This document shows, in pieces, positions 48,637-56,429 of a stretch of DNA of 64,000 nt (position 1 is its first letter; every line of letters begins with the position of its first letter). The notes beneath the pieces were generated by a model that saw only the letters and a program-made list of their open reading frames with translations, was not told the origin of the DNA and searched no databases. The stretch spans positions 81,172 to 145,171 of the IMG/VR virus record IMGVR_UViG_3300032303_001313; one strand, 5' to 3'. The DNA comes from a virus (Duplodnaviria > Heunggongvirae > Uroviricota > Caudoviricetes). Position numbers and translations under genes: made by a program.

Positions 48637-49146
48637 TCATGGCTTATAGTTCACAACAATTACTTTAAGATTTGAAAGTTCTTTCTCAATTATCTTCTCT
48701 ATTCTGTTCCAATCTCCACCTGCTAATCCTGCTCCAATTTTAGGCATACCTATAGTTTTACCACTAACGAATATTTGATTAATTTTTCTCATGCAAACTG
48801 TAAATGCTTCGTAATCAAAAGGTTCAACATCGCCGTCAGAATGATTCTTACCATACTTATACTGAGTATAAGCATTAACAACAGCAACTTGTTTGTCATA
48901 GTTAGATTTTTCGCTAAAACATACATCACAATATTTGTAATCTATATTACCTAATTTATTGATAGTTGGGCCTTCTCGTTCCATACGAAATTTATCACAA
49001 CCAAAAGCCTTTGCCATTTGTGGAGCAATTCCGGCCCCCATTGTGCTAAAGCAATTACATCCATGAACAACAATATCAAAATGTCCTTCTTGGGCAAGTT
49101 TAATCAAATCCCCGTCTATGTATTCAATCACTTCCTTTTTCTCCAA
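48637..49146 (-). CDS. macro domain protein (ADP-ribose binding/processing)
   Basis: IVVHGCNCFSTMGAGIAPQMAKAFG matches the macro-domain VNAAN...GGGV motif; later GIGAGLAGG. Confidence 0.65.
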   Translation of the reverse strand: MEKKEVIEYIDGDLIKLAQEGHFDIVVHGCNCFSTMGAGIAPQMAKAFGCDKFRMEREGPTINKLGNIDYKYCDVCFSEKSNYDKQVAVVNAYTQYKYGKNHSDGDVEPFDYEAFTVCMRKINQIFVSGKTIGMPKIGAGLAGGDWNRIEKIIEKELSNLKVIVVNYKP

Positions 49147-49183
49147 GGCTTGTAACCAAGACTAATTAATGTTTGTCCGTTGA

Positions 49184-49564
49184 TCATAACTTTTCCCAAT
49201 GTTCCTTAATAAATCCGCTAATTTGTTTGAAATCCCAACCACATCCATCATTTAAGTAAATTAAGTCAATTTTGTAATCTTTGTAATCTTCTACTATTGA
49301 TGGTATTGGCGTTTCAATGATACCAATAGAAGTTTTAATTCCAGCCCATTCACATACTTCACTTGGTAATGTGTTACAATAACCGTTATAAAAACAAAGA
49401 CCTTTTATATTTTCAAATCTAATATCACCACCTTGCTTCATACATAAATCGGTTAGAACTCCTAAACAACAATGTTTTCCATCCTTACATAATCCTCCCC
49501 CACCTTGCGTGTATTCTCCACTCTCAAGAGCATCACACCAAAGATCAGCAATTTCTTTACGCAT
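49184..49564 (-). CDS. uncharacterised 'HCCLGVL' family protein (paralogue 1 of 3)
   Basis: Shares W..AL.SG...QG.G.L.......HCCLGVL ... W.AG ... ND.G motifs with 52032..52445 and 52414..52770. Confidence 0.45.
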   Translation of the reverse strand: MRKEIADLWCDALESGEYTQGGGGLCKDGKHCCLGVLTDLCMKQGGDIRFENIKGLCFYNGYCNTLPSEVCEWAGIKTSIGIIETPIPSIVEDYKDYKIDLIYLNDGCGWDFKQISGFIKEHWEKL

Positions 49565-50261
49565 AGTACGCCCTTTCTGCTAAAACTTTATCACAAGACC
49601 AAACAGTATTATTACTTATAGTTACAAGAAACAAACCGTTTGTCATAGTATACTTCTCATTTACAACACTAGCATTTAGCAACAACGAAGAACCTAGTTC
49701 GTATTGTCCATGACTATGATGAATATGTCCATAAACACAAACTTTGGGCTTATTTTGCCTAATCATTGAAGTAAGTTTTTTTGATCCTACCAACTCTGGT
49801 TGTGATCCGTTAAAACTCGGAACAGAATCCCCATAACTATAAGGAGGCCCGTGAGTAATCAACACATCAACATCATTAGGAATTAGATCATAAACATTAT
49901 TCAAGTCCTCTTCATCAAGGTTAAATGCCCAATCATAAAATCTACGCTGCCAAGGGCTACCGTAAAACTTTAGACCGTTATAAACAAATGATTCATCAAT
50001 TAGAAACTTACAATTAGGAATGTTAACTTCCTTATGAAGATATTCTCCTACATAATCATGATTTCCATAAGTGCAGATAACTTGCTTTGTTTTGCTAATC
50101 CACTGGGCAAATTCCTTGTGTAGCCAATTACGCTGATATTCAGCATCAGTTCGTGGATGGTTAACAAAGTTGGGGCAAATATCTCCACTAATTACCAGAA
50201 CATCACACTCTGGAATATGGAAAAATTGACCGTGATTGTCACTTGCAAAGCAGATTTTCAT
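49557..50261 (-). CDS. calcineurin-like metallophosphoesterase
   Basis: MPE motifs D.H (SDNHG), GD (SGDI), GNHD and GH.H (GHIHHSHG). Confidence 0.7.
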   Translation of the reverse strand: MKICFASDNHGQFFHIPECDVLVISGDICPNFVNHPRTDAEYQRNWLHKEFAQWISKTKQVICTYGNHDYVGEYLHKEVNIPNCKFLIDESFVYNGLKFYGSPWQRRFYDWAFNLDEEDLNNVYDLIPNDVDVLITHGPPYSYGDSVPSFNGSQPELVGSKKLTSMIRQNKPKVCVYGHIHHSHGQYELGSSLLLNASVVNEKYTMTNGLFLVTISNNTVWSCDKVLAERAYYA

Positions 50262-50270
50262 ATTGTTTCC

Positions 50271-51107
50271 TTAACAACTACGCAGCATTCCGCAGTAATA
50301 AGAGTCTATCTTACTACACGAAACTGGTTTGTCAACAGATCGCAGTATGGTTTCTTTACAAAAAGTATTCAATGTAACATCATCTTGAGGTATTGTCTTA
50401 ACGGGCAAATCTTTAACTATTCTAGAATACAAGTCTATTTTTTCTCTTAAATATTCATTAAGACAGTGTATTCTGTCGCCTTCGTCAAGTTCAGCCCCAC
50501 TCTTTTTTCTAACTAACAAATCATTTACCTTGTCTTTTATCTCAGTATCATGTAGTTCGTTTTGAAGTAGAGTATCAAACAACATAGGAGCATGAGTTTT
50601 GGTGCGGAATATCCATGAACAGCACAAAACTGGCCTAAGAACATAAAAGTATTTCTTAAGTTTTACACTATCCTTTTGCAAGAATAAGTCGAAGTTATTT
50701 CGGGCCATGTGTAAATAGTGATAAATACTACTCTTAGGATCAAAAAACTTTTCTCTTAAACTTCGTAGTTTATTGATGAACGTATCATCTTGGCTATAGA
50801 TTATGGGGCTATCTAACCACTCTAAAAGACAAGGATTACTCTTAGCAAATAATCGCAAACTCTTTTTAAGTTCCCACCCACTAAAGTCAAGATCATTCTC
50901 ATTAATCATCTTTTCAATAGTATCTTTTAAGTTGTTACTAATACTAAAATAATAGTCAAGATTATTAACATACAAGAATCTAACATCGTAATCACTGTTT
51001 ATGCTGCTAAATCCCCATGCTCTACTGCCGCTTTCAACAGCATATAGAATCTTGATCTTACGTTCTTTTTCAAGAAGGCTAAGATTATGTATGATATTTG
51101 GTGTCAT
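50271..51107 (-). CDS. pol-beta-superfamily nucleotidyltransferase (minimal NTase; PF10127/RlaP-like)
   Basis: YAVESGSRAWGFSSINSDYDVRF has the G-S-x9-13-D-x-D NTase signature; a third acidic residue lies in DLDFSGWEL. Confidence 0.5.
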   Translation of the reverse strand: MTPNIIHNLSLLEKERKIKILYAVESGSRAWGFSSINSDYDVRFLYVNNLDYYFSISNNLKDTIEKMINENDLDFSGWELKKSLRLFAKSNPCLLEWLDSPIIYSQDDTFINKLRSLREKFFDPKSSIYHYLHMARNNFDLFLQKDSVKLKKYFYVLRPVLCCSWIFRTKTHAPMLFDTLLQNELHDTEIKDKVNDLLVRKKSGAELDEGDRIHCLNEYLREKIDLYSRIVKDLPVKTIPQDDVTLNTFCKETILRSVDKPVSCSKIDSYYCGMLRSC

Positions 51108-51363
51108 ATTTTCTTATTTCTCTATTATGAAGTTGGACTAAGTATTGTAGAACATCATCATTCAAACTTTCTCCACACAAAATTTCGTTAACACAATATT
51201 CGTAATCTTTCGGTTTATAGTAGATTTTTTCATCAGAATCTATTGTAATATGGCTATATGTTACCATGCAACAGTCTGGAAAATCAGTTGTTTCAGTATA
51301 TTTCCAAGGTAAAGTTTTAGCATATTCAAATGCTTCTTCGTAAGAATCAAATACTTTTTTCAT
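51085..51363 (-). CDS. hypothetical protein (overlaps start of nucleotidyltransferase gene)
   Basis: ORF. Confidence 0.3.
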   Translation of the reverse strand: MKKVFDSYEEAFEYAKTLPWKYTETTDFPDCCMVTYSHITIDSDEKIYYKPKDYEYCVNEILCGESLNDDVLQYLVQLHNREIRKYDTKYHT

Positions 51364-51562
51364 TAGGTTATCCCCACAATCCCCCGAGTATCATCAATCC
51401 ATATATCAACTACAATATTTTGCCTTTGGTTATTTTCCTACATTATATTGAAAACGCCCCCATTATGTGCGTTAGAACCCTAGCGAACCAGCATATAGCA
51501 GGATCATACGGGAGCAAGAGGCACAGGACGTTACCTAACGGCGATCAACCCGCTGGTGACTG

Positions 51563-51778
51563 TTAATTCAGTTCTTCTCCAGTATTATAGTCGATAATGG
51601 GCTTTTTGCAAGCCCCAATCATTCTCTCTAACTGCCAAATTAAACTTTCAGTATCTTCACCTATAGGATAGGTTGGTTGTTCAGATATGTTTATAATATC
51701 TCCAATCTCGTTGGTATAAACTTGATGTATACTATAACTAGCATCCATGTCTTTTACTACTCTATATGACCAACTCAT
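51563..51778 (-). CDS. hypothetical protein
   Basis: ORF. Confidence 0.3.
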   Translation of the reverse strand: MSWSYRVVKDMDASYSIHQVYTNEIGDIINISEQPTYPIGEDTESLIWQLERMIGACKKPIIDYNTGEELN

Positions 51779-51854
51779 TTTAGACCTTCCTCATTCAAAT
51801 CACAAAAGTGAACTTGTGCCAAATCAATATGCCTCCCTTTGGACACTCTACAAT

Positions 51855-52031
51855 TTGTTCACTCAGCATTTTTGCCCTCAATTATTCCTAATATTGTTCT
51901 CATACTCATATCAATAGTATAACATAATTCAGCAACTTTACTATCATGGTAATCAAATTTAACAGCCAATTGTTGAATATCATTAGCAATAAGTTTGATG
52001 TTGATTATATCAGCGTCTGATAATGATCTCA
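51855..52031 (-). CDS. hypothetical small protein (58 aa; below ORF-track cutoff)
   Basis: Hand-translated: MRSLSDADIINIKLIANDIQQLAVKFDYHDSKVAELCYTID... The start abuts the stop of the 52032..52445 gene. Confidence 0.3.
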
Positions 52032-52445
52032 TTAAAGAGTTTCAACATTCTGTTCGATAGTTTTAGAGATAGTCCCGAAAGTCTTACCAAGATCGTTCAT
52101 ACTAGCAAGATTAGTATAAATTATTCCAATTCCATTATCAATATCTTCAATAGTTATTCCTCCACCGTCATGACTTTTCATACCAGCCCACTTTTGTACT
52201 TCTATAGGTAAATAAATACCTTGTATAGATATAGTTTTCTTTTTGTTTTTCCTCATTGTGTTATTATACAACTCGCATAGAACCCCCAAGCAACAATGCT
52301 CTGGTTGATTTTTTGTGTCATAATATCTAAGCACACCGTGTCCTTGCTTAAATTCTCCGCTTCTAAGAGCCTTGACCCATTTTTCAGCAATTGCCTTTTT
52401 CATATAGTTCCTTTCAAAGAGTTTCGGTATTTTTTTCAATAGCAT
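52032..52445 (-). CDS. uncharacterised 'HCCLGVL' family protein (paralogue 2)
   Basis: KWVKALRSGEFKQGHGVL....EHCCLGVLCELYN...QKWAGM...MNDLGKTF...IEQNVETL. Confidence 0.45.
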   Translation of the reverse strand: MLLKKIPKLFERNYMKKAIAEKWVKALRSGEFKQGHGVLRYYDTKNQPEHCCLGVLCELYNNTMRKNKKKTISIQGIYLPIEVQKWAGMKSHDGGGITIEDIDNGIGIIYTNLASMNDLGKTFGTISKTIEQNVETL

Positions 52446-52770
52446 TGGCTATAACCTTAAAAGATTGACCATGATCATTCATCAAAGTAAGATCATTTAA
52501 CCCTGTCCCAAATGACCCATCACGACTTTGCATACCAGCCCAATTCATTACTTTTCTAGGAAGTAAATTGTCTGACGATCCAAACCTTGTACCTGATAAG
52601 GTTTTCTTCTTACTCTTTTTCATTTCGTCATTATACAACTCACAAAGAACGCCCAAGCAACAATGCGTAGGATTTCCGTTATCGTCATCTATCTTCAAAA
52701 ATCCTTCTGCCTGCTTGAACTTACCGCTTCTAAGAGCCTTAATCCACTTTGTAGCAACTGTCTTTTTCAT
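52414..52770 (-). CDS. uncharacterised 'HCCLGVL' family protein (paralogue 3, tandem to paralogue 2)
   Basis: KWIKALRSGKFKQAEGFL....THCCLGVLCELYN...MNWAGM...MNDHGQSF...IEKNTETL. Confidence 0.45.
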   Translation of the reverse strand: MKKTVATKWIKALRSGKFKQAEGFLKIDDDNGNPTHCCLGVLCELYNDEMKKSKKKTLSGTRFGSSDNLLPRKVMNWAGMQSRDGSFGTGLNDLTLMNDHGQSFKVIANAIEKNTETL

Positions 52771-52772
52771 AG

Positions 52773-53300
52773 TTATATTCCTTTAAGTCCCATTTCCTTC
52801 ATTTGTAAAATAACTTCACCATTTCCTATAGCATCATTAACCGGATTGTGATCGTGAATTGTTTTTCTAAGGTGTTTCCATTTTGTTCTAACGTTTTTTA
52901 CCATACCGCAATAAAGATCGCCAATTCGTCGCCCGCTATATCCAAAAGGATTGCTTCCATAATAAACGTGAAAATAGTAGTTGATAAACTGCCAATCATA
53001 GCAAGGATTGTCGCTAACAAATATTGGTCGATCAATACTATTTCGCTCTATCCATTCTGCAAATTCTTTTATAACTGTTGATGGGTCATCAAAAGTTTCG
53101 TGCTGTTTTCGTGAAAAACCACTTATAGAAAGTGCTTCCTTATCATAGTTATCAGAAATTGGTCTAACTTTTCCATAAAATGTTTTGTTTAAACAGTCAT
53201 CAACAATAACTGCCCCAAAACAAACCATACTATAAAGTGGAGGCACAGGCCCATCACTCTCAACATCAACTACTATCCAACTCATTTTATTCCTCAACAA
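52773..53300 (-). CDS. small DEDDh 3'-5' exonuclease (oligoribonuclease/DnaQ-like)
   Basis: WIVVDVESDG (Exo I DxE), the region around SDNPCYDW (Exo II) and HNPVNDAIGNGE (Exo III H...D). Confidence 0.55.
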   Translation of the reverse strand: MLRNKMSWIVVDVESDGPVPPLYSMVCFGAVIVDDCLNKTFYGKVRPISDNYDKEALSISGFSRKQHETFDDPSTVIKEFAEWIERNSIDRPIFVSDNPCYDWQFINYYFHVYYGSNPFGYSGRRIGDLYCGMVKNVRTKWKHLRKTIHDHNPVNDAIGNGEVILQMKEMGLKGI

Positions 53301-53333
53301 TCACAATATACATCTTCAATAACCCTGACGGTC

Positions 53334-53906
53334 TTATTCTTGAACGTTTTCATTTTTCTTACCAAATAGTTTTTGTAATTCCTTGAAACTCCAAGGTTCT
53401 CCAAATACTTTACCATAATTCTTCGTGTTGTCAACTCCAACATCCAAAGTTTTGCGATAACTCATTTGATCTTCATAATCTAATTTTCCATGACTATGAC
53501 CATATAGCATCCAACTACCTTTATGAGAAGCGGGCCAAACTCTTGAGGCATAATGACTTAGATATATTCTTTGGTTACAACATATTACTTCTTTAACTTC
53601 TTGAACACTAGTGAATCCTATATCTATTCTAGCAGCACTCATATTATCTATATATTTGGATCGTTTGTCATGATTGCCTAGTATTAGATGAATATCTTTA
53701 CAAACTATTCTTGATACATATTGTTCTGGTTTACCACCTTTAAGACAAAAATCACCCAGCATATATAGAGTATCATCAACGCCAACAACATTATTGATAT
53801 TGTCGATTATAACTTGATCCATTATGTGAACATTATCAAATGGACGATCACAATACTTAATGATATTATAATGACCAAAATGAGTATCAGATGTAAAATA
53901 TATCAT
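53334..53906 (-). CDS. calcineurin-like metallophosphoesterase
   Basis: SDTHFGH, LGDF, GNHD and GHSHG motifs. Confidence 0.7.
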   Translation of the reverse strand: MIYFTSDTHFGHYNIIKYCDRPFDNVHIMDQVIIDNINNVVGVDDTLYMLGDFCLKGGKPEQYVSRIVCKDIHLILGNHDKRSKYIDNMSAARIDIGFTSVQEVKEVICCNQRIYLSHYASRVWPASHKGSWMLYGHSHGKLDYEDQMSYRKTLDVGVDNTKNYGKVFGEPWSFKELQKLFGKKNENVQE

Positions 53907-54062
53907 TTGTAAATGAACTTAAAGGAAATAAAAGCAGCATTTCAATCTTATAGAAACCCTGCCGAAACTTTACGGAAGTTGATTATGGGAATACCCGCGA
54001 TCCCAACCTTTCGGCATCAACATTTTCATTATACCACGCTAGAGCAAGTTGTCAATCACCGC

Positions 54063-54266
54063 TTACAGCAGTTTGTTTTCTTTCAATATACTGTACAAAT
54101 TTTTCAATTCATTTTCATCAATCCTTATTTCGTCAGGATCAAAACTATTGTAGTTGAATACTCTAATCAAATAAGGTCTATTTTTAATATTGGGATTATG
54201 ATGAATTTCAATAACATCATATTCCAGATTAAATGTTCTCTGCTTCGTGTTGGTTATGTTTAGCAT
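54063..54266 (-). CDS. hypothetical protein
   Basis: ORF preceded by the conserved ATCAGGAGCATCGCA RBS element. Confidence 0.3.
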   Translation of the reverse strand: MLNITNTKQRTFNLEYDVIEIHHNPNIKNRPYLIRVFNYNSFDPDEIRIDENELKNLYSILKENKLL

Positions 54267-54693
54267 TTTTATTGCGATGCTCCTGATGGCGAACTTGTAT
54301 TTCTTTTGTCCACTTCCTTAGTCTATTACCTTCGCAATGGTTTGGGCCTCTTCCGTAGACCTGCTCAACGACGACAAATACCTCAACTTGCGATCCTTCT
54401 GCAAGAGCCTTCTGTAATGCTTCAACCTGCGGAAGCATTCCTTTATTTATCCAAGCCACCGCCTCGCCGTTAACGTGCAACTTGTGCCAATCCGAACCTT
54501 GCACCCAATGTGAAGTTGTTCCAAGATACTCGCCCATCGCTGACTTATATTTTTGTCCGATTGTAGTGGGTACAACCGGACGCTCAACATAGTTTGTTGA
54601 TTCTATTGATTCAATATGAATCGACAGCAAACTCACAAAAGAGTGAGTAACAATTGGATGCAAAGAAGTATCTGGACTGTCTGGTTTGGTCAT
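54229..54693 (-). CDS. hypothetical protein in GC-rich islet
   Basis: ORF with about 47% GC against a genome background of about 33%; no recognisable motif. Confidence 0.35.
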   Translation of the reverse strand: MTKPDSPDTSLHPIVTHSFVSLLSIHIESIESTNYVERPVVPTTIGQKYKSAMGEYLGTTSHWVQGSDWHKLHVNGEAVAWINKGMLPQVEALQKALAEGSQVEVFVVVEQVYGRGPNHCEGNRLRKWTKEIQVRHQEHRNKNAKHNQHEAENI

Positions 54694-54791
54694 GGCATTA
54701 TCTTTGTCGGGGTTTGTTCATCTAATTTTTGACCGGCTCGGACTACAAAGCCAAAAGCCTTGTCGTCCTGCGGTGTAGTCGAATCACTCAT
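54690..54791 (-). CDS. hypothetical micro-protein (33 aa) in GC-rich islet
   Basis: Hand-translated MSDSTTPQDDKAFGFVVRAGQKLDEQTPTKIMP; AGGAG RBS; the TGA stop overlaps the ATG of the next gene (ATGA). Confidence 0.3.
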   Translation of the reverse strand: MSDSTTPQDDKAFGFVVRAGQKLDEQTPTKIMP

Positions 54792-54821
54792 GCGATGCTC
54801 CTGATCCTTCACGTTCTGTGG

Positions 54822-55028
54822 CTACCTGCCGTCGTCCACAAGAGGCCCGCGACTCGCCATGTATCGTCCGCATTCTCCACACCTCGGCGGCCATTCTCCG
54901 CAGCCGTGAATAGGGCAATCGTCGTCAGGCTCAAGGCCAACCGTAGAGCAGCGGCAAGTTCGATCTGCTCTACAAATGTGCGCCACAGAACCACGCGATA
55001 GAATGGACTGCTCGGCGTTGTCGTTCAT
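54822..55028 (-). CDS. zinc-ribbon protein in GC-rich islet
   Basis: About 57% GC; probable start MNDN with an AAAGGAGA RBS; the track ORF extends to 55067. C-terminal CPIHGCGEWPPRCGECGRYMA zinc ribbon. Confidence 0.4.
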   Translation of the reverse strand: MNDNAEQSILSRGSVAHICRADRTCRCSTVGLEPDDDCPIHGCGEWPPRCGECGRYMASRGPLVDDGR

Positions 55029-55072
55029 GGTTGCTGTCTCCTTTGTTCGCGGCTGTTGACGTAGCAAGTAAA

Positions 55073-55396
55073 TTATACACTATTTTGACCTTGTAGGACA
55101 TTTTTCATAAAGTTCATATAGTTGAGCATAATCCAATCTCCTTGAGTAACATTGCCAACTATTACATAGTTATCATTTTGAGAATAGTCTTGATTCCTAT
55201 CATATTGTATGTAAAAATCCTCAGAACAAGAGGACTTCATAGCATTTAGGTCAATAACTAATTCTTGGGCTTCTTTATGCCCATTAACTATACAAGAACA
55301 TTCTATAAGGCTCATGTTACTACTCTTGGATTTTAGTTCCGACATCGTATGGATATCCATTTTCGGGATCGTCACTATATATGCCTTCGTAGGCAT
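55073..55396 (-). CDS. hypothetical protein
   Basis: ORF. Confidence 0.3.
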   Translation of the reverse strand: MPTKAYIVTIPKMDIHTMSELKSKSSNMSLIECSCIVNGHKEAQELVIDLNAMKSSCSEDFYIQYDRNQDYSQNDNYVIVGNVTQGDWIMLNYMNFMKNVLQGQNSV

Positions 55397-55411
55397 TTTC
55401 CCAATATGGGT

Positions 55412-55717
55412 TCAGTATAAACTGTTGAATAAATTAGGCTGGTAATACCTTCGGCAACGCTTGAGGAAAGACGGAAGAAGACTACGCAGTTTGAAAGGAA
55501 GATCGTTTTCACTAATATTCCTCTTAAGAGCGCGTTCAATAGCAATCTTAAGACCAAACTTCTTGCTGAAACGATCACCGGCTCGGCACTGAGCGAACCC
55601 AATGTTATACGCAACGTTATCAACCTTTACTGCAACCAGAACCCCGTTTGGAACCCCGTTATCGTCGCGGTTGTAGGTAATAAGCGTGTACTGCGGAATA
55701 TCAAAATTGTCGGTCAT
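55412..55717 (-). CDS. hypothetical protein
   Basis: ORF; likely start MTDNFD; the track ORF extends to 55750. Confidence 0.3.
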   Translation of the reverse strand: MTDNFDIPQYTLITYNRDDNGVPNGVLVAVKVDNVAYNIGFAQCRAGDRFSKKFGLKIAIERALKRNISENDLPFKLRSLLPSFLKRCRRYYQPNLFNSLY

Positions 55718-55768
55718 TATTTTTCTCCTTAGATTTGTTTTGCGATGCATGATTTCATTCTACCCTAG

Positions 55769-56071
55769 TCATCGGTCACTGTCAAGCGTTGACTTGAGTT
55801 TTTTACGAATGTCATTACCATTTCCCTTAATTATGTTGAATTCTAGATAATCTTTCCAATCAGAATATCCTTCGGCCCATTTATATTTACTTTCATTTAC
55901 CGATAGGCCCAAAGCATATATCATATCATTAATGAATGTGTCCGTAGTTATCTTTAAATCCTCTGGATAATAGTTATCTATAAAAAACTTCATTCTCTCA
56001 ATCATGTTTAGTACATCTTTATCATTCATCACAATCTCCATTGCATTCGAATTGATCGTACCCTTCATCAA
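55769..56071 (-). CDS. hypothetical protein
   Basis: ORF. Confidence 0.3.
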   Translation of the reverse strand: MMKGTINSNAMEIVMNDKDVLNMIERMKFFIDNYYPEDLKITTDTFINDMIYALGLSVNESKYKWAEGYSDWKDYLEFNIIKGNGNDIRKKLKSTLDSDR

Positions 56072-56327
56072 AACCGATATCGTAGTAATGATCTTTGAAC
56101 TTTTCGTGATACAAGTCTCTGATATCTAATAAGAAATCGCCCATCAGTTCAGAATTTAAGAAATTTTCTACTAATTCTTCATATTTAGATGGTAAATTGT
56201 TTTGAACGGAATAATCATATGACAGATTTCTTAATAATTTCTCTATTTTCTCTTTTTCTTTTTTAGTAAGAGAAGTAATAAGGTCTTTATCATTGTTGAA
56301 CATATTTACTAGCCTTGAAAATACCAT
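56022..56327 (-). CDS. hypothetical protein
   Basis: ORF. Confidence 0.3.
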   Translation of the reverse strand: MVFSRLVNMFNNDKDLITSLTKKEKEKIEKLLRNLSYDYSVQNNLPSKYEELVENFLNSELMGDFLLDIRDLYHEKFKDHYYDIGFDEGYDQFECNGDCDE

Positions 56328-56429
56328 TGGTCAAACTTCTGTAAAAGGTATACTGTTCCATTGAGGTAAATTAAACCCCACAGTAGATTATACTCCCACT
56401 TGGGGATAGTTACTTTGTCTTTAAACATT

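Noticed and set aside
51330-51566. Plus-strand 78-aa ORF across the GC-rich intergenic segment
   Set aside because: Opposite to the uniform transcription direction and with no RBS. The region is better explained as non-coding or structured RNA (see finding).
55375-55623. Minus-strand 82-aa ORF overlapping 55412..55750 out of frame
   Set aside because: Almost entirely nested in an alternative frame of a better ORF; low-complexity translation.
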